Assembly: GCA_010405405.1 (NCBI GenBank)
Contig: MU004235.1
Location: 820,538 to 884,537, forward strand
Direction of reading: 5' to 3'
DNA length: 64,000 nucleotides
From: Microthyrium microscopicum
Lineage: Eukaryota
Positions 38,408 through 49,810 of the stretch are shown one piece after another. Numbering within the stretch: position 1 is the first letter of the stretch; every line of letters begins with the position of its first letter. Position numbers and translations under genes: made by a program. Under the pieces are notes generated by a model. It ran no database searches, was not told the origin of the DNA, and worked only from the letters and a program-made list of their open reading frames with translations.

Positions 38408-41400
38408 GGCTGGGACTGAAGGAGCAGTGTAGAGAAGCCTAGTCGCGGCAAAATGATGTCGATGGTGCCAAAGAGGAGGTGATTGAAAGCGCGAAGCTCG
38501 TGTGAGGTGTGTAGTATTGGTGTTGGGGGGGCGGGAGGGATGAAGAGGGCTCGCTAGGATCTGCGACGGGATGAAAGGTTGATTCTGGGAGAGGATGAGA
38601 AGCTGGGCAGATGGTAGAGAGCTGACAGTGGATGGTAAAAGAAGAAGTTGGGAGAGGGAAGGCAGAAGTGGGGAGAGAAGTTGTTTGTGTGTTGTGAAGC
38701 AGTGCAGTTGTGGCAGATGGATGGGAAATTAAGAGTAGAGGTAGAGACGACGACAGGAAGGAGCAGCAGAGCAGCAGACTGAAGCAGCAGCAGCGAGGGC
38801 GCACGCAGGCAAGTTGGCAGGGTTTGGGATTTGGCAGGAGCGACTGTCCGTCGTGATCGTTGTTGCGGTTGGCAGTTGCTCACTACTCCGTAACTAACTG
38901 TTCGCTCACAACGGTGCTGGGTTCGCTGGGCTGCTAAGGTAAAGTGCTGGGCTCACACGCTGGCGGACTGCCGCTGCTAGGCAAGGCAGGAGCTGCTGCC
39001 CAGAACAGAAGGGGCGCCTAGAGAGGGGGCACGAGGAGAAGGGGAGGGGCAAAGCCACAGAACAGGGCAGGTGCAACCACCACGGCCGGCACGCACGGGA
39101 CCAGGATGTCAAATGATTGGAACTGACCGTTTAATGCTGATAATCGAGAGGCCGCCGTTGTAATTGTCTGAAGGTGGCCACTTGAGCAAAGGCTACGTTG
39201 TTGGCGAGATGGTTGTGGGTTGGGTTGGATAGATGTCGTTGAAGTTGTTGGAGTTGTAGGCGGGTAGGTAAGCTAAAGCAAGCAACCATCCAAATCAAAT
39301 TCCAGGATGATGTAGGGGCAGAGGGGCCTCAAAATACCGACCACAAGATCTTCAGGTCTTGTGAGCCGGTTGAAACAATAACTATCAGCAGTAACTGTGG
39401 TGACTACTAGCAGAGACAATTGTCTACAAGAATAGGCCTTGCCTCCATCTCTATCGTATAAACGAAACAGAGACTCTGTTGGTTCACTTGCTGACCACCA
39501 ACTCAACACCTCAACTCCGCCATGTCAGGTCATTTTCGCCCACACACACGCTTTTCTCGTCTGCGGTCTACCTAAATCGACAAATCCACTGGCAGGAACA
39601 GCAGTTGCAGGGCTGCATCCGATGGCCAACGAATCAGGTGTGCGACAAGACCCGTTCATGGGGGCAATGATGCATTCAAAATGTTGACTACTTCCGACCT
39701 TTCAAATCATTGATGCTCAAGCAAAATCGTCACGGGAGCTCAACATCTAACTACGAACACATGGCCTGGTCAGGCCCTGGATGAATCGAGCCCCCTTTTG
39801 TCTCTTCTACAAGTCTGTCGCCTGATGATTTATGGCGCCTTGAGCCTCCGTAGTTCATGCTCCTAATTATACCTCTACGAGCCACTAAGATCCTTCAGGT
39901 TTCAACTACATGCCGTCCTCATCTTTTTGTCCCGATGGGCGATTAACCTCTCATCGTCAGATTTGTGGACGAGGGCCAAACCCGGGCCCCATGGACATTC
40001 AAAGGTCCGCCCACTTCCTATCCAGGCCAGGCTGGACCTTGCCGGGCGCTTTGAACGGAGAACCACTCTCTCGGCGCATTCAAATCCAAAAGCTTCGCAG
40101 CTGCTTGCTGCTTCCAATGCATGCACCAAGTGCTGTACCTTCGCCCACCTGACAGCACTGAGCACCAACAAATATATCCACTCCACCAACCAGCGACCTG
40201 CTCATTCAACTCCCCTCTCAGTCAAAAAAACTGCTCACAACGCCTTCATTTTGACACTTTTATGCCCAACTGGTTACTTGTCGTCATCGGCCCAGCCAAC
40301 CCAGGTTACCTTTTGATTTCCAGAGGCTGAGCGCCTGGCAGACTAAGAAACTAGTAGTGGTCAGGTGGCCATTTAGTAGTGCTGTGGTGGACAAGGCGCG
40401 CCTAAATTATGCTGGTAACTTGGAGACTCAGGGGGGTTACCAACCAGCATATAATAACACGAGGGGCAGGGAATTTGCGGGTTTCAAGCACGCGCCTTGG
40501 GGCTACAAGAATATTGTCCATCCATCAACTTTGAGCAAGCGACCCCTCTTTTTAACATTATGGCCCACGATGTTTTCGCCGCAGGAATGACGCCGATGTT
40601 GCAGCATTTCGTTGCCGAGACGGGAACGGGAAATCGCTTGCTTGGGCTCAATGCCCTCCAAAGACCCTTGACACAAGAGACTTGCCAAAAGCTTCAGGTC
40701 TGGTCAGGAACAGGAAATTCCCCCTCTTCCTGCTGTGTTGCTGTGACGAGCTATAACTTTCCGCTGCCAAACATTTGCCAATTGTCCCACATGACCTAAC
40801 TTTGCAGAACTACAACAGCCATGAAGAAGCTTGCTTGCTCTCTTAATGCTGTGCTTTCTCACTTCCGTTGAGTATGAACAAATTCCGAATCCAAACGGAT
40901 CAGCCAAAGCCCTGTCCATTCGGAAGCCAACCTGCCTAGCAGCCATTAATACATTGAAGATTTACCGCGCTTGACGATAATATGCCCGATAAAGTCGAAA
41001 CTGCAGCAAAGGAACCATTGGCATGCATTGAATTTGGCACTTCTCGCACTGTGCAGCATGGTGCCTGTGTACTGACGATAGTCTTTTGCGCCATGGCATT
41101 TCATGACGAAAACGTGCTTTAATTCCTAGCGTATGCAATGGGAAATAAGATCTCCAGCAATGCTGCTCTAGCAAAGCATGGTAGACATCGCATGTTGTGG
41201 CTTATCAACTCATCATGGCTCCAAGCATCCATCTAATAATAGGCATCATACAGCTGGACTTATACGAAATGATTAAATACATTCGTTTGAGGTAGGTATA
41301 CATAAAATCCTCAGATCAACGTCATAATGATCACAAATATGCTTTGGTTCAGATCGAGTAATCGACAAGCATTTTGCAGGTACTAGGTCCAGTTTTTTGT

Positions 41401-42599
41401 GGTCATATGGTGCGGATTCTGTGGGCCCAAAGGCCTGGGTTGCCCGCATGTTCTCTCAAGGATAACTCCTTTCTTTATGCAGACCACTGTTTAGTGGACA
41501 TTTGGAGTACCGGTACCAGTAGTTGTGGTAGCCTGTAAGGGACCTCAGTGTTTAGGAAGATCTTAAATGCTTTTTGATTAAAGAACCAAAGGCGAACTTG
41601 TCTCTGCAAGTTCTCCATTTCCTAACCATTGTAGATATATGTCATCTTCGCGCCAGGTCGACAGGTTTTGCTGGTTGGCGAGGTTAATTCGAACATCTCG
41701 GACAGTTTCTACGTGCTGAATGCTCAGATTGTATGGGTTTGAATATAATTTTTACACAGAACGTCCAATTCAATCTCGTTTCGTAATTACCACTTTACCA
41801 TGAAATTATGCTCTGCTCCACATTCTTTCCCAAAGATCATTGAAGTTTGGTAATACTAGTCCTTGAAGGTCTTGGGCTCATCTGCAAGAGGGTCGGTCCG
41901 CTGGCCATCTGATATCGCAAAAGCTTTAATAAAATTCAGCCAGCCATAAACCAGAATTTAAAAGCGCGGCAAACATATCAATCTAAGATAAAAGGCCACC
42001 TACACAGATCCAAGGTCTCGCGGCTGTCGCAAACCACAATGCTTCAGAATAGGATGTGATGTCTAAAAATGGGCATGGCAAGCGGCGTCAGCTTCACCGG
42101 ATCTTTCATTCTCCCTTTCACATCAGCCGCATTTTGATCTTGTTTGCCACGAGCGCTCCCTGTTGCTATCCAAGAGCACCTCTCGCCAATCGCAAAACAG
42201 GGGCAATTTTTTTTATATCGCCGCTTTCAGAGATGATAAGGCAGTGATACGTGAACTCCGACCTCTACCTGAACCCAATATTCTCTCTTGTTCGGCTCCA
42301 ACAGCTCAAAAGAGTCAAAGAAAGTTGCGAAAATGAAAGGCTTACGCCATCAGCCATGCTGTTCTGACATCCGGCCTCGTACAGCCTCGTGAGTGGACGA
42401 CTTTCCAACATGAGTGCTCAAGACGGAAAGCCAATCTGCTCGTCATCTACGCCGCAGCCGTCTTGAAGTTTCACCATTCCATACTGCTCCAATCAAGTGC
42501 GCTGTAAGTTGCTTTGATACGTCCAGTCAGCTTAGTGAAAATCAACGTCAACTGGCGTTGGTTCTGCGGTGAAACATCATTGTTCAATATTCGTTGATA

Positions 42600-43240
42600 A
42601 AGGTACGGCAATTATGGTTCCTCTGTGAACATGAGGAGAATATACTGCAGCGTAATTCTCAAAATTGAAGGCTGGAAGTTATGATTGGAGATGGAATAGT
42701 TGCAATTTCCATGTCTATCTTCAAGCCCACATTCAGCACCAAACCACTCTCGTATGATCAATGGGATTTTCGTGTAACTCCAAGCCCGCTGACAATAGAC
42801 TCAATATTGTGCCTTGCAAGGCTTGCATGAGAAATCCACCCACAGGTCTAGACACGGAGTTTTCATTCCACCCAGAGATTTCTCTCTTCACTAACAGGTA
42901 CTGTACAGCAAGTCTCAGATGGAAGGTTAAAAAGAAACTTTTTTTGCCTTGTGACACGACATTTTTAACAACAATGCCAACGGGCAAGCAAACCCATGCA
43001 GGTAAAGTCGCATCGCCCCTTGAAGTGCGTGCTGCATCCATCCCGACTGCAGATCCAGATTTCCTCTTCTGGCTGCTCACAGCTTACGCTAATTGGATGA
43101 CGTTGGTTTTTTGCAGAAGAGCAAGAAGGTTCTGAGAACGAGAAGCAGCTTGCTGCTGTACACTCGTAGGGGAAGCAAGGTGGTTTTAGCCTTGCGAGGT
43201 CGCTTGTGCTTTTTATAAATGCGGAATCCAGATGAATATG
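42600..43240 (-). pseudogene. Possible degenerate C2H2 zinc-finger gene fragment
   Basis: WICSRDGCSTHFKGRCDF (43057-43004) resembles a C2H2 finger start. A second stretch, TCGW...LARH...W, is interrupted by stops. No coherent gene model could be built. Confidence 0.25.
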
Positions 43241-44166
43241 CCAATGAACTTCTTTCTTCTTCTATATACTAGTATGGAGTAATTACACAAACTTCGACAT
43301 TTCAAAACCAATCTAATTGACGCTCAATCTCGAAATTGACATCTCCAGTTTTGCAATTACACTTAGATAACTTGACGGTATCTGCAGCCGAACATGCATA
43401 TCTCCTCCGGCTACGAACAGATAGCATTTTCAACAAGCATGCCGACCTCACACAAAAACAGGCCGAACACAAAGAATACGACAGGCCTGCAGTTTGGCCG
43501 TTGCACGGCATCAAGCAGTCTTAGCTAGGCAAGCAGTGGCATCCAAGGCACGGCGCGCGAATGGCCATTGGATTGGTCGCCTAGTTTACATGTTCAGCCT
43601 TCTTCTCCTGTGCAGCAAATAATGTCTAGGAAGAGCTCTTCTTGCATGAAGAGGCTCTTTGTTTCGGTTGAGCTTGCTTTCAGATTTCAGAGACTGAAAT
43701 GATGGGAAGCAATTGCGGTTAGTTCCGTAGGTATACCGTAGCGCCAATGAGTTGAGAGAAAACGACATGTGAGAGCGGATGCGGTGTAGAGGCGAGTAGG
43801 TCGGCAAGGCTGCTCGAATTTGCTCGTGGATTGCAATCTACGATATGCGATAGGATCTTACCATTCTCTCTATCAGCCATTCCATGCTATGGACGGAGGC
43901 AGTTGTAATTGCATGGACATTATACCGATTCAAGTGAATTAGATGTGTTCTTAGCTATTGTTATCTAAAGTCTACTTCAAAGACACAACGATAGTATCAC
44001 ATATATGATATCTACCTGCCTCACCGCTTGCACCGAAATGACTCCTTCAGGTGAATTCGATACAAATACAAAGGAACTTTGATGAGTTGTTAGCCATTGT
44101 TTGAATAGCACCAACTCATATCTAGTACAATATATGGAAAATGGCAAGTATAGCAATAAAAAACAG

Positions 44167-45135
44167 TCAGTCTCTACTCTGGACCATTCCCTGCGCAGGC
44201 AACTTCTCAAAAGCCTTACGAGCTTCCGCCCAAGATCCATCGCCAAACAATTGACTTCTCAAATACGCCAACGACATTCTTTGCACTACCGCCAATCTTT
44301 CCGGGCTTTCGTCTTTCGTCTCAGCTGCATCCCAAGCAGCAACACCTCCAAGCCCATGTCCTCCACCTTTGATGACAAGCAAGTCTTTTGATTTAGGGGC
44401 AAGAGTGAATATATCACCATGCCAATCCGCACCCCTTTTTGTCAGATGAGGACTGACATCTTTGTCGCCGTAGACTACAAGCGCAGGGGTAACCATTTTG
44501 CTAAAGTCAGGACCATAAAAAGGCATCATCTTTGATCCGGACTCTGACATATCTGCACCACCCTTTCCGACTCCAGACAGCAACACTCCAGCCTTGATGC
44601 GTGTTTCAGGCTTGTACCAGACACTTCCGTTCCGAGGATCAGTATTCTGGAGTCCAAGTAGCATGGCAGCGGTTCCGGCACCCATTGAATGGCCTACAAC
44701 TGCGACACGCGTGCGATCAAGTCGACCCTTGAGGCCGGGTACAGTCTCTTCGATTTTGTCGAGGTTATCCAGGATGCGTGTCATATCCAGCGCTCGGTCT
44801 TGCCACCAGAATTCCTGGCCATACGGTGCTGTGATTTTCAGAAATAGGGAGCTCAGATGAGTCGGTTGTAGGACCGCAAACCCATGCGAAGCATAAAATT
44901 CGTACAAAGGGGCATATCCATCTAGCGACGAGATGTAGTTGCTATAGCCTTGACCGTGCGAAAGAAGCACGATAGGTAGCTTGTTGCCAGTTGAAGGTAC
45001 TGTAACCCGTAGCTGAAGATCGACAATACGCCCTGGTATTGGAAGCACAACGGGGCTGAAAGAGGTGACTGGAATTGTCAGGCTGATGCGTATCTGCGCA
45101 GCCGCGCCAATCAAGGCGTGATAATTGATATGCAT
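44167..45135 (-). CDS. Alpha/beta hydrolase (chlorophyllase/PAF-acetylhydrolase-like), intronless
   Basis: LPIVLLSHGQG, ASHGFAVLQPTH, nucleophile GHSMG, GDKD (Asp), GGHGLGG (His). Confidence 0.88.
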   Translation of the reverse strand: MHINYHALIGAAAQIRISLTIPVTSFSPVVLPIPGRIVDLQLRVTVPSTGNKLPIVLLSHGQGYSNYISSLDGYAPLYEFYASHGFAVLQPTHLSSLFLKITAPYGQEFWWQDRALDMTRILDNLDKIEETVPGLKGRLDRTRVAVVGHSMGAGTAAMLLGLQNTDPRNGSVWYKPETRIKAGVLLSGVGKGGADMSESGSKMMPFYGPDFSKMVTPALVVYGDKDVSPHLTKRGADWHGDIFTLAPKSKDLLVIKGGGHGLGGVAAWDAAETKDESPERLAVVQRMSLAYLRSQLFGDGSWAEARKAFEKLPAQGMVQSRD

Positions 45136-45864
45136 TGTTCTTGTTCTCTAATAACATTCGCGAGAGGAAAGCGAGAAGACTAGTTTTGGATGGGAGGATG
45201 GGAGGATCGCTTGTCAGATTCAGGAACGAGGAGCACAATGTAAAGAAAGATAGATATATTACTATTCTATCGCGTTGGACGTAAATACTGGCTAAATCCG
45301 AACTTATATGAAGTTATCAACTCGGTAATGGCTCTGAGAAGTATTCAGTGTTAGCAACTAATAAAGGGATAGATGCTAGTAGTCCTCATGGGCGTTCTAA
45401 TATAAGGCTGAAAGGGTTATAGATGAGAACCTATCAGAGACTGGTATCCTATTTAGGTCTGGCGGCTTATCCTCTGCTGTAGTGCATACTGAAAGGTAAC
45501 TGTGCGGTCAATAGAAAAGCAGAATATTAACCAATAAGAGAGTAATATCCTATTCAAGTAAAGCGAATTCATATTTGTAAGTAGATCTATCCACCTTAGC
45601 TTTTGTGGTGGAATTCGGCAATGTGCAGGACGCATCTTCCACACCCCGTACTCTGCTTCTAACGGAGTTTTCTAAAAACCGGGAAGAGTGGACGGGTTTA
45701 AAAAGGTTATGGAAGAATCAAGGCGCCGAGTATGTATCTGGCAAAATACATAAATAAAGGCAAGCCGCCTGCTGGGACAATAAGATTCTCATAACAGCTA
45801 CCACCGGAACAGACCTTGCAACACAATACCCATTTCGGAAGCCTTTCTTGCGAAAGAATCAATC

Positions 45865-46731
45865 ATGACGGACAATAAGACACTCGTCTTCATCACTGGT
45901 GGTGAGTAGACCATGATAACGCCTGGAAGCAAAGGTCTAACTCTTTGACTGAAGGCAACAGCGGAATTGGACTGGAAACAGCTCGGCAAGTCCTGGCGGA
46001 CGCCTCAACCCATGTCCTTCTCGGGTCCCGCTCCTTAGAGAAAGGCCAACAGGCTGTCGAACAGTTACAATCGCAGCAAATATCTGGAACAGTGGAAGTC
46101 GTCCAAGTTGACGTGTCTGACGAGGCCTCTGTCTCTGCTGCTGCAAAGACAGTTGAGAGCAAGTACGGCAGGTACGTCACGATTACTTCTATCTTGCTAA
46201 CTGCCTACCGGCTCATTATGCATCACTAATCGGTTCACCAGACTCGATGCTCTAGTCAACAACGCTGGCATTGCAGGAGGCGATGGTACAACAGCCACTC
46301 AGATGACAGCGTGCCTCCAGACGAACGCAGTTGGTGCTTATCTTATGGGAGAATACTTTGTTCCTATCTTGAAGAAGTCCATCGGTACGCCTCGGATCAT
46401 CAACGTTACCAGCGGTGCTGGCTCCATTGGTAATCGCCTTGATCGCTCCCAGGCGACCAATGCTATAAAAGCTATCCCATATCGTGTTAGCAAGGCGGCT
46501 ATGAATATGGTAGCCGCTTGTCAATGGTTTGAGCTTGCAACGGAAGGGTTCAAGGTGTTCATATATGGTCCAGGTTTCACCGAGTCCAACCTCAGTGCGA
46601 TGAACAAAACCGCGAATGGAGCCAAGCCGACCAGTGAAGGCGTGGCACCAATCATAGCTATGCTGAAAGGCGAAAGGGATTCGGATGATGGAAAGTTCAT
46701 TGAATATGGTGTAGAGTCTTTTCCTTGGTAG
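45865..46731 (+). CDS. Short-chain dehydrogenase/reductase (3 exons)
   Basis: ITG|GNSGIG, LDALVNNAG, NVTSGAGS, YRVSK (YxxxK), GPGFTESNL; introns ~45902-45954 and 46171-46241. Confidence 0.9.
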
Positions 46732-46993
46732 AAAAATTGCGATGTTGTTTCCGAATTTCTGCATATATTTAGCTTTATATGTCATATACGATACTTTCAT
46801 GGGCAATTGAGCTGTTCAATTGAGTCCCTGATCCTCTGGTTGGCGTATCGGAGATAAAGCCCAAACGACAGTTTACAATCTAGTCTCTGAAATGCTACTT
46901 GGGCGTTTCCTAATCGTAATACTTTGAAGATGCCCCAAGTGGCCACGACGGAAAGGAAGTTGAGAAGACGTATCACTTCATTGCTCTTTAGAA

Positions 46994-48645
46994 TTAATCT
47001 GGAGCAGTCTCGACATAAGGTTGCGGGCTTGACACTGCGTAGTACCACTTGCCGGCTTTGTCGTGTACAGTATTAACCCATGGAAAATCGGAAAGTGCTG
47101 AAGCCACATCCTCCCAAGTGTGAAGGCTTAGGGTATGCATTAGTTCCGCTATTTTCGCGACTGGTAAGGAGTCTTGTAGTCCGAAAGTTGCGGCCCCTTT
47201 GATGAATAGCAACCAAAGTAACAGTTCTTGGTGTTCCCGTTCCCCATCCATGTGCTGTTGGATAGCAGAATGAGCCAAGTCAGAGAGAATATCTATACCT
47301 GAGATCCTGCCATCAAGTCCCTGAAGGAGTGTCATGATAAAGGCTGTTAGGCCCAGGTGAACAACGTTATCGACATGACTAGTAGGGCGCGGCCCACCCA
47401 GAGGACTTATGCGGATGAGGTCATATCCGAGGAGCAAAATAGTTTCATGGAATGTGAACCCGCACACTTTTGGTATATGATTAGCATGTGCGTCGTTTAG
47501 CACCCAGGCGAGATGTGTAACGTCGATTAGTACCCTTTGAAGATCGGCGCTCAGCTGCCTGAAGGTTTGGGCATAGCGAACATTGAGGAAGCTTCGATCA
47601 CTTCGCATTTTGAAGCTGCTCAGAAGTTCGACAATGGCAGGGCTCTAGAGCTCGTTCATCGAATATCTCGTTGGTAAGCCTTGTTGGAAGGAATCTTCGA
47701 GATCAGTCCTGAGTAAAGTGTCAGCGAAATCATCATGAAATGAACAGACGTCAAGAGCATGCTTTACCTGTGTATTTTCAGTGCAAGACTAGGGTTATCT
47801 CTTCTTAGTTGAGAGATACCACCTCGTAACTCGACCATCCGCTGAAGCCCGTCAAGGTGGATAAGGCCTTGCTGATAGTGGTTATTAAGGCGCTCGAACT
47901 GTGCCATAATCACTACGACTGCAATGCTCGTATTCGAGACGGGATCTTCTCCGGACAGCTTCTCGTTGACTAGTCGTAGCGCCTTTGATATGTGATGCGT
48001 TGCCTCCCTGGTGTCTTCTTGCTTCCTGGAAATATTGTTGAGAGCTGAAAGAGACACAGCTACAGCACTGTGGAGATCTAGGTCTTAATTAGAACGCTGT
48101 TAAAGGTTCCGATATATCTAGAGCGAACATACAAGCCTCGTCAACGAACATTAGCTGGATCCATATCGAATTCGGGGTTCCCGTGATACTGATGGCATTG
48201 TTAAGCTGAGGGTCAAGCCGAGGTCCACTCATGAAAGAATAGGCTGGGTGTTACAATCAGCATCTATAGTATATGATGTAGGAGTGTGTAACTCTATTGA
48301 TAATGGATTACACATACTCCTTAGAAATAGAAACCTTATTTCAGGAGTCTGTTTAAGTGAAAAGCAATCAAGAGTTCCATCGCCAACTTGTCGATCAACC
48401 TGAGGAACCGCGTACTGGCGAGTTCTTAGATGTTGCGTGGCTTCTTGTTTCCCGTGTTCTTCCTCTTGAGGACTTGAACCCTTGGTAGCGGCTGTAGCAG
48501 CTTCGGCTGTTCGGCCCAAAGCCTTGATTCTAGATTGCCGTACATGCTTTCTCCCCAAGTTCTTTCCCAAAGCTACATGGCTACGTATCCGCCGTCTTGA
48601 AGCACGATCAATCGTAGCATTGTTATCGACAAACTCGAAGGGCAT
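46994..48645 (-). CDS. Fungal-specific transcription factor-domain protein (no Zn2Cys6 seen), 4 exons, with one in-frame TAG at 47647-47645 (pseudogene or recoded)
   Basis: N-terminal MPFEFVDN...RRRIRSHV; DEAYLHSAVA; HLDGLQRMVELRGG; RTDLE...G.PTRY; ELLLWLLFI; WEDVASALSDFPW. All three introns are canonical and in frame; the only lesion is CTC TAG AGC. Confidence 0.75.
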
Positions 48646-49810
48646 TATTGGAACACAGAGTGAGAGGCTGATCTGGTTGACCGCATTCTGAATTGTATGC
48701 TCGAGAAAGGACTAGAAGGTGATGTGAAGAAGAGGATGTGAGTAGATTGAAGTAGTAATGAAGTTGGCTTAGATGCAAATTACTACCTGTTAGGCTTCTG
48801 ATTAGCCTTTTCATCATTCAATTGAGATGAGATAAGATAAGATTAAGTTTAGTCTATCGACTGTTGAAGCTGAAGGACGATGACATTGTATTGATTTCTA
48901 GAAAAGCCTAGAATCTACCTTAATAGACACATGCCACCAGAGCACGACAGCTATTGTTAGGTGCGTTAACCTCAGCTTACTCACAAGAAACCATACATAG
49001 GTAAAATAAAGCAACTTGGGACTCTTAAGTGGCTGGGGTGTCTAGCAATCTTTAGGGGTTGTGTAGAAATCTTCACTTTTACTAATAAAGAAGTCCGGGT
49101 GATTATTCGCTAGTCTAGGTTGAAGATGTAGGACAGTTTGAGGAGAGGTGGTAAGAGGTAGTGAGTCCAGACCACCAAGAGGAGACGAGGCATCCGCGTG
49201 AACGCTTCCAATCATTGCAAGCATGGCCAGCTACGACTTATCACAGGTTGATGCTCCTGAATGGTTGGCAGTATTCCGAAAGTGCATAAAGCTACTCGCA
49301 GGAGGGTGTGCGGTTCAACTCTAATTCCAGCTCCTCCTCCAGTCCGTGGCGTCAATAAGTCGGCTCCTGGGGGCTGGATCGCGTCAAGATCGTAGCGATC
49401 ATTTCTCCCTCTGCCATGTGTTAGTCTCATCGCAAGCTTAGAGCAATAAAGCTATCAATACCAGAGCAGAGAGCGGCAACCATCGTATAACCAGGAGATA
49501 CTGTAAAGGCTTCGACCAGGTGTGGCTCGCTTGCCTTGGTTGCACAACATTTGATGTCTGCGGTGCATTGAACGCAGCCAATAAGCGATGCCGTAAGGCA
49601 ACCGTCCTGCTTTTCGTCTATACGGTTCATACGTCGACGATTGGTAGCTTCAGCCGATGAAGCCACAGCTCTGGTTTTTCGTCGCACGAAGATTTCTCAT
49701 CGGCCAATGTGCAATTCAGCCACGATTCTTGAGGCGACACATAGCTACCTAGTCTGTGACATGCGACAGCCTTGCCGGCCCGCTCCTCCGCGGGTAATGG
49801 GCTGGTTGAT

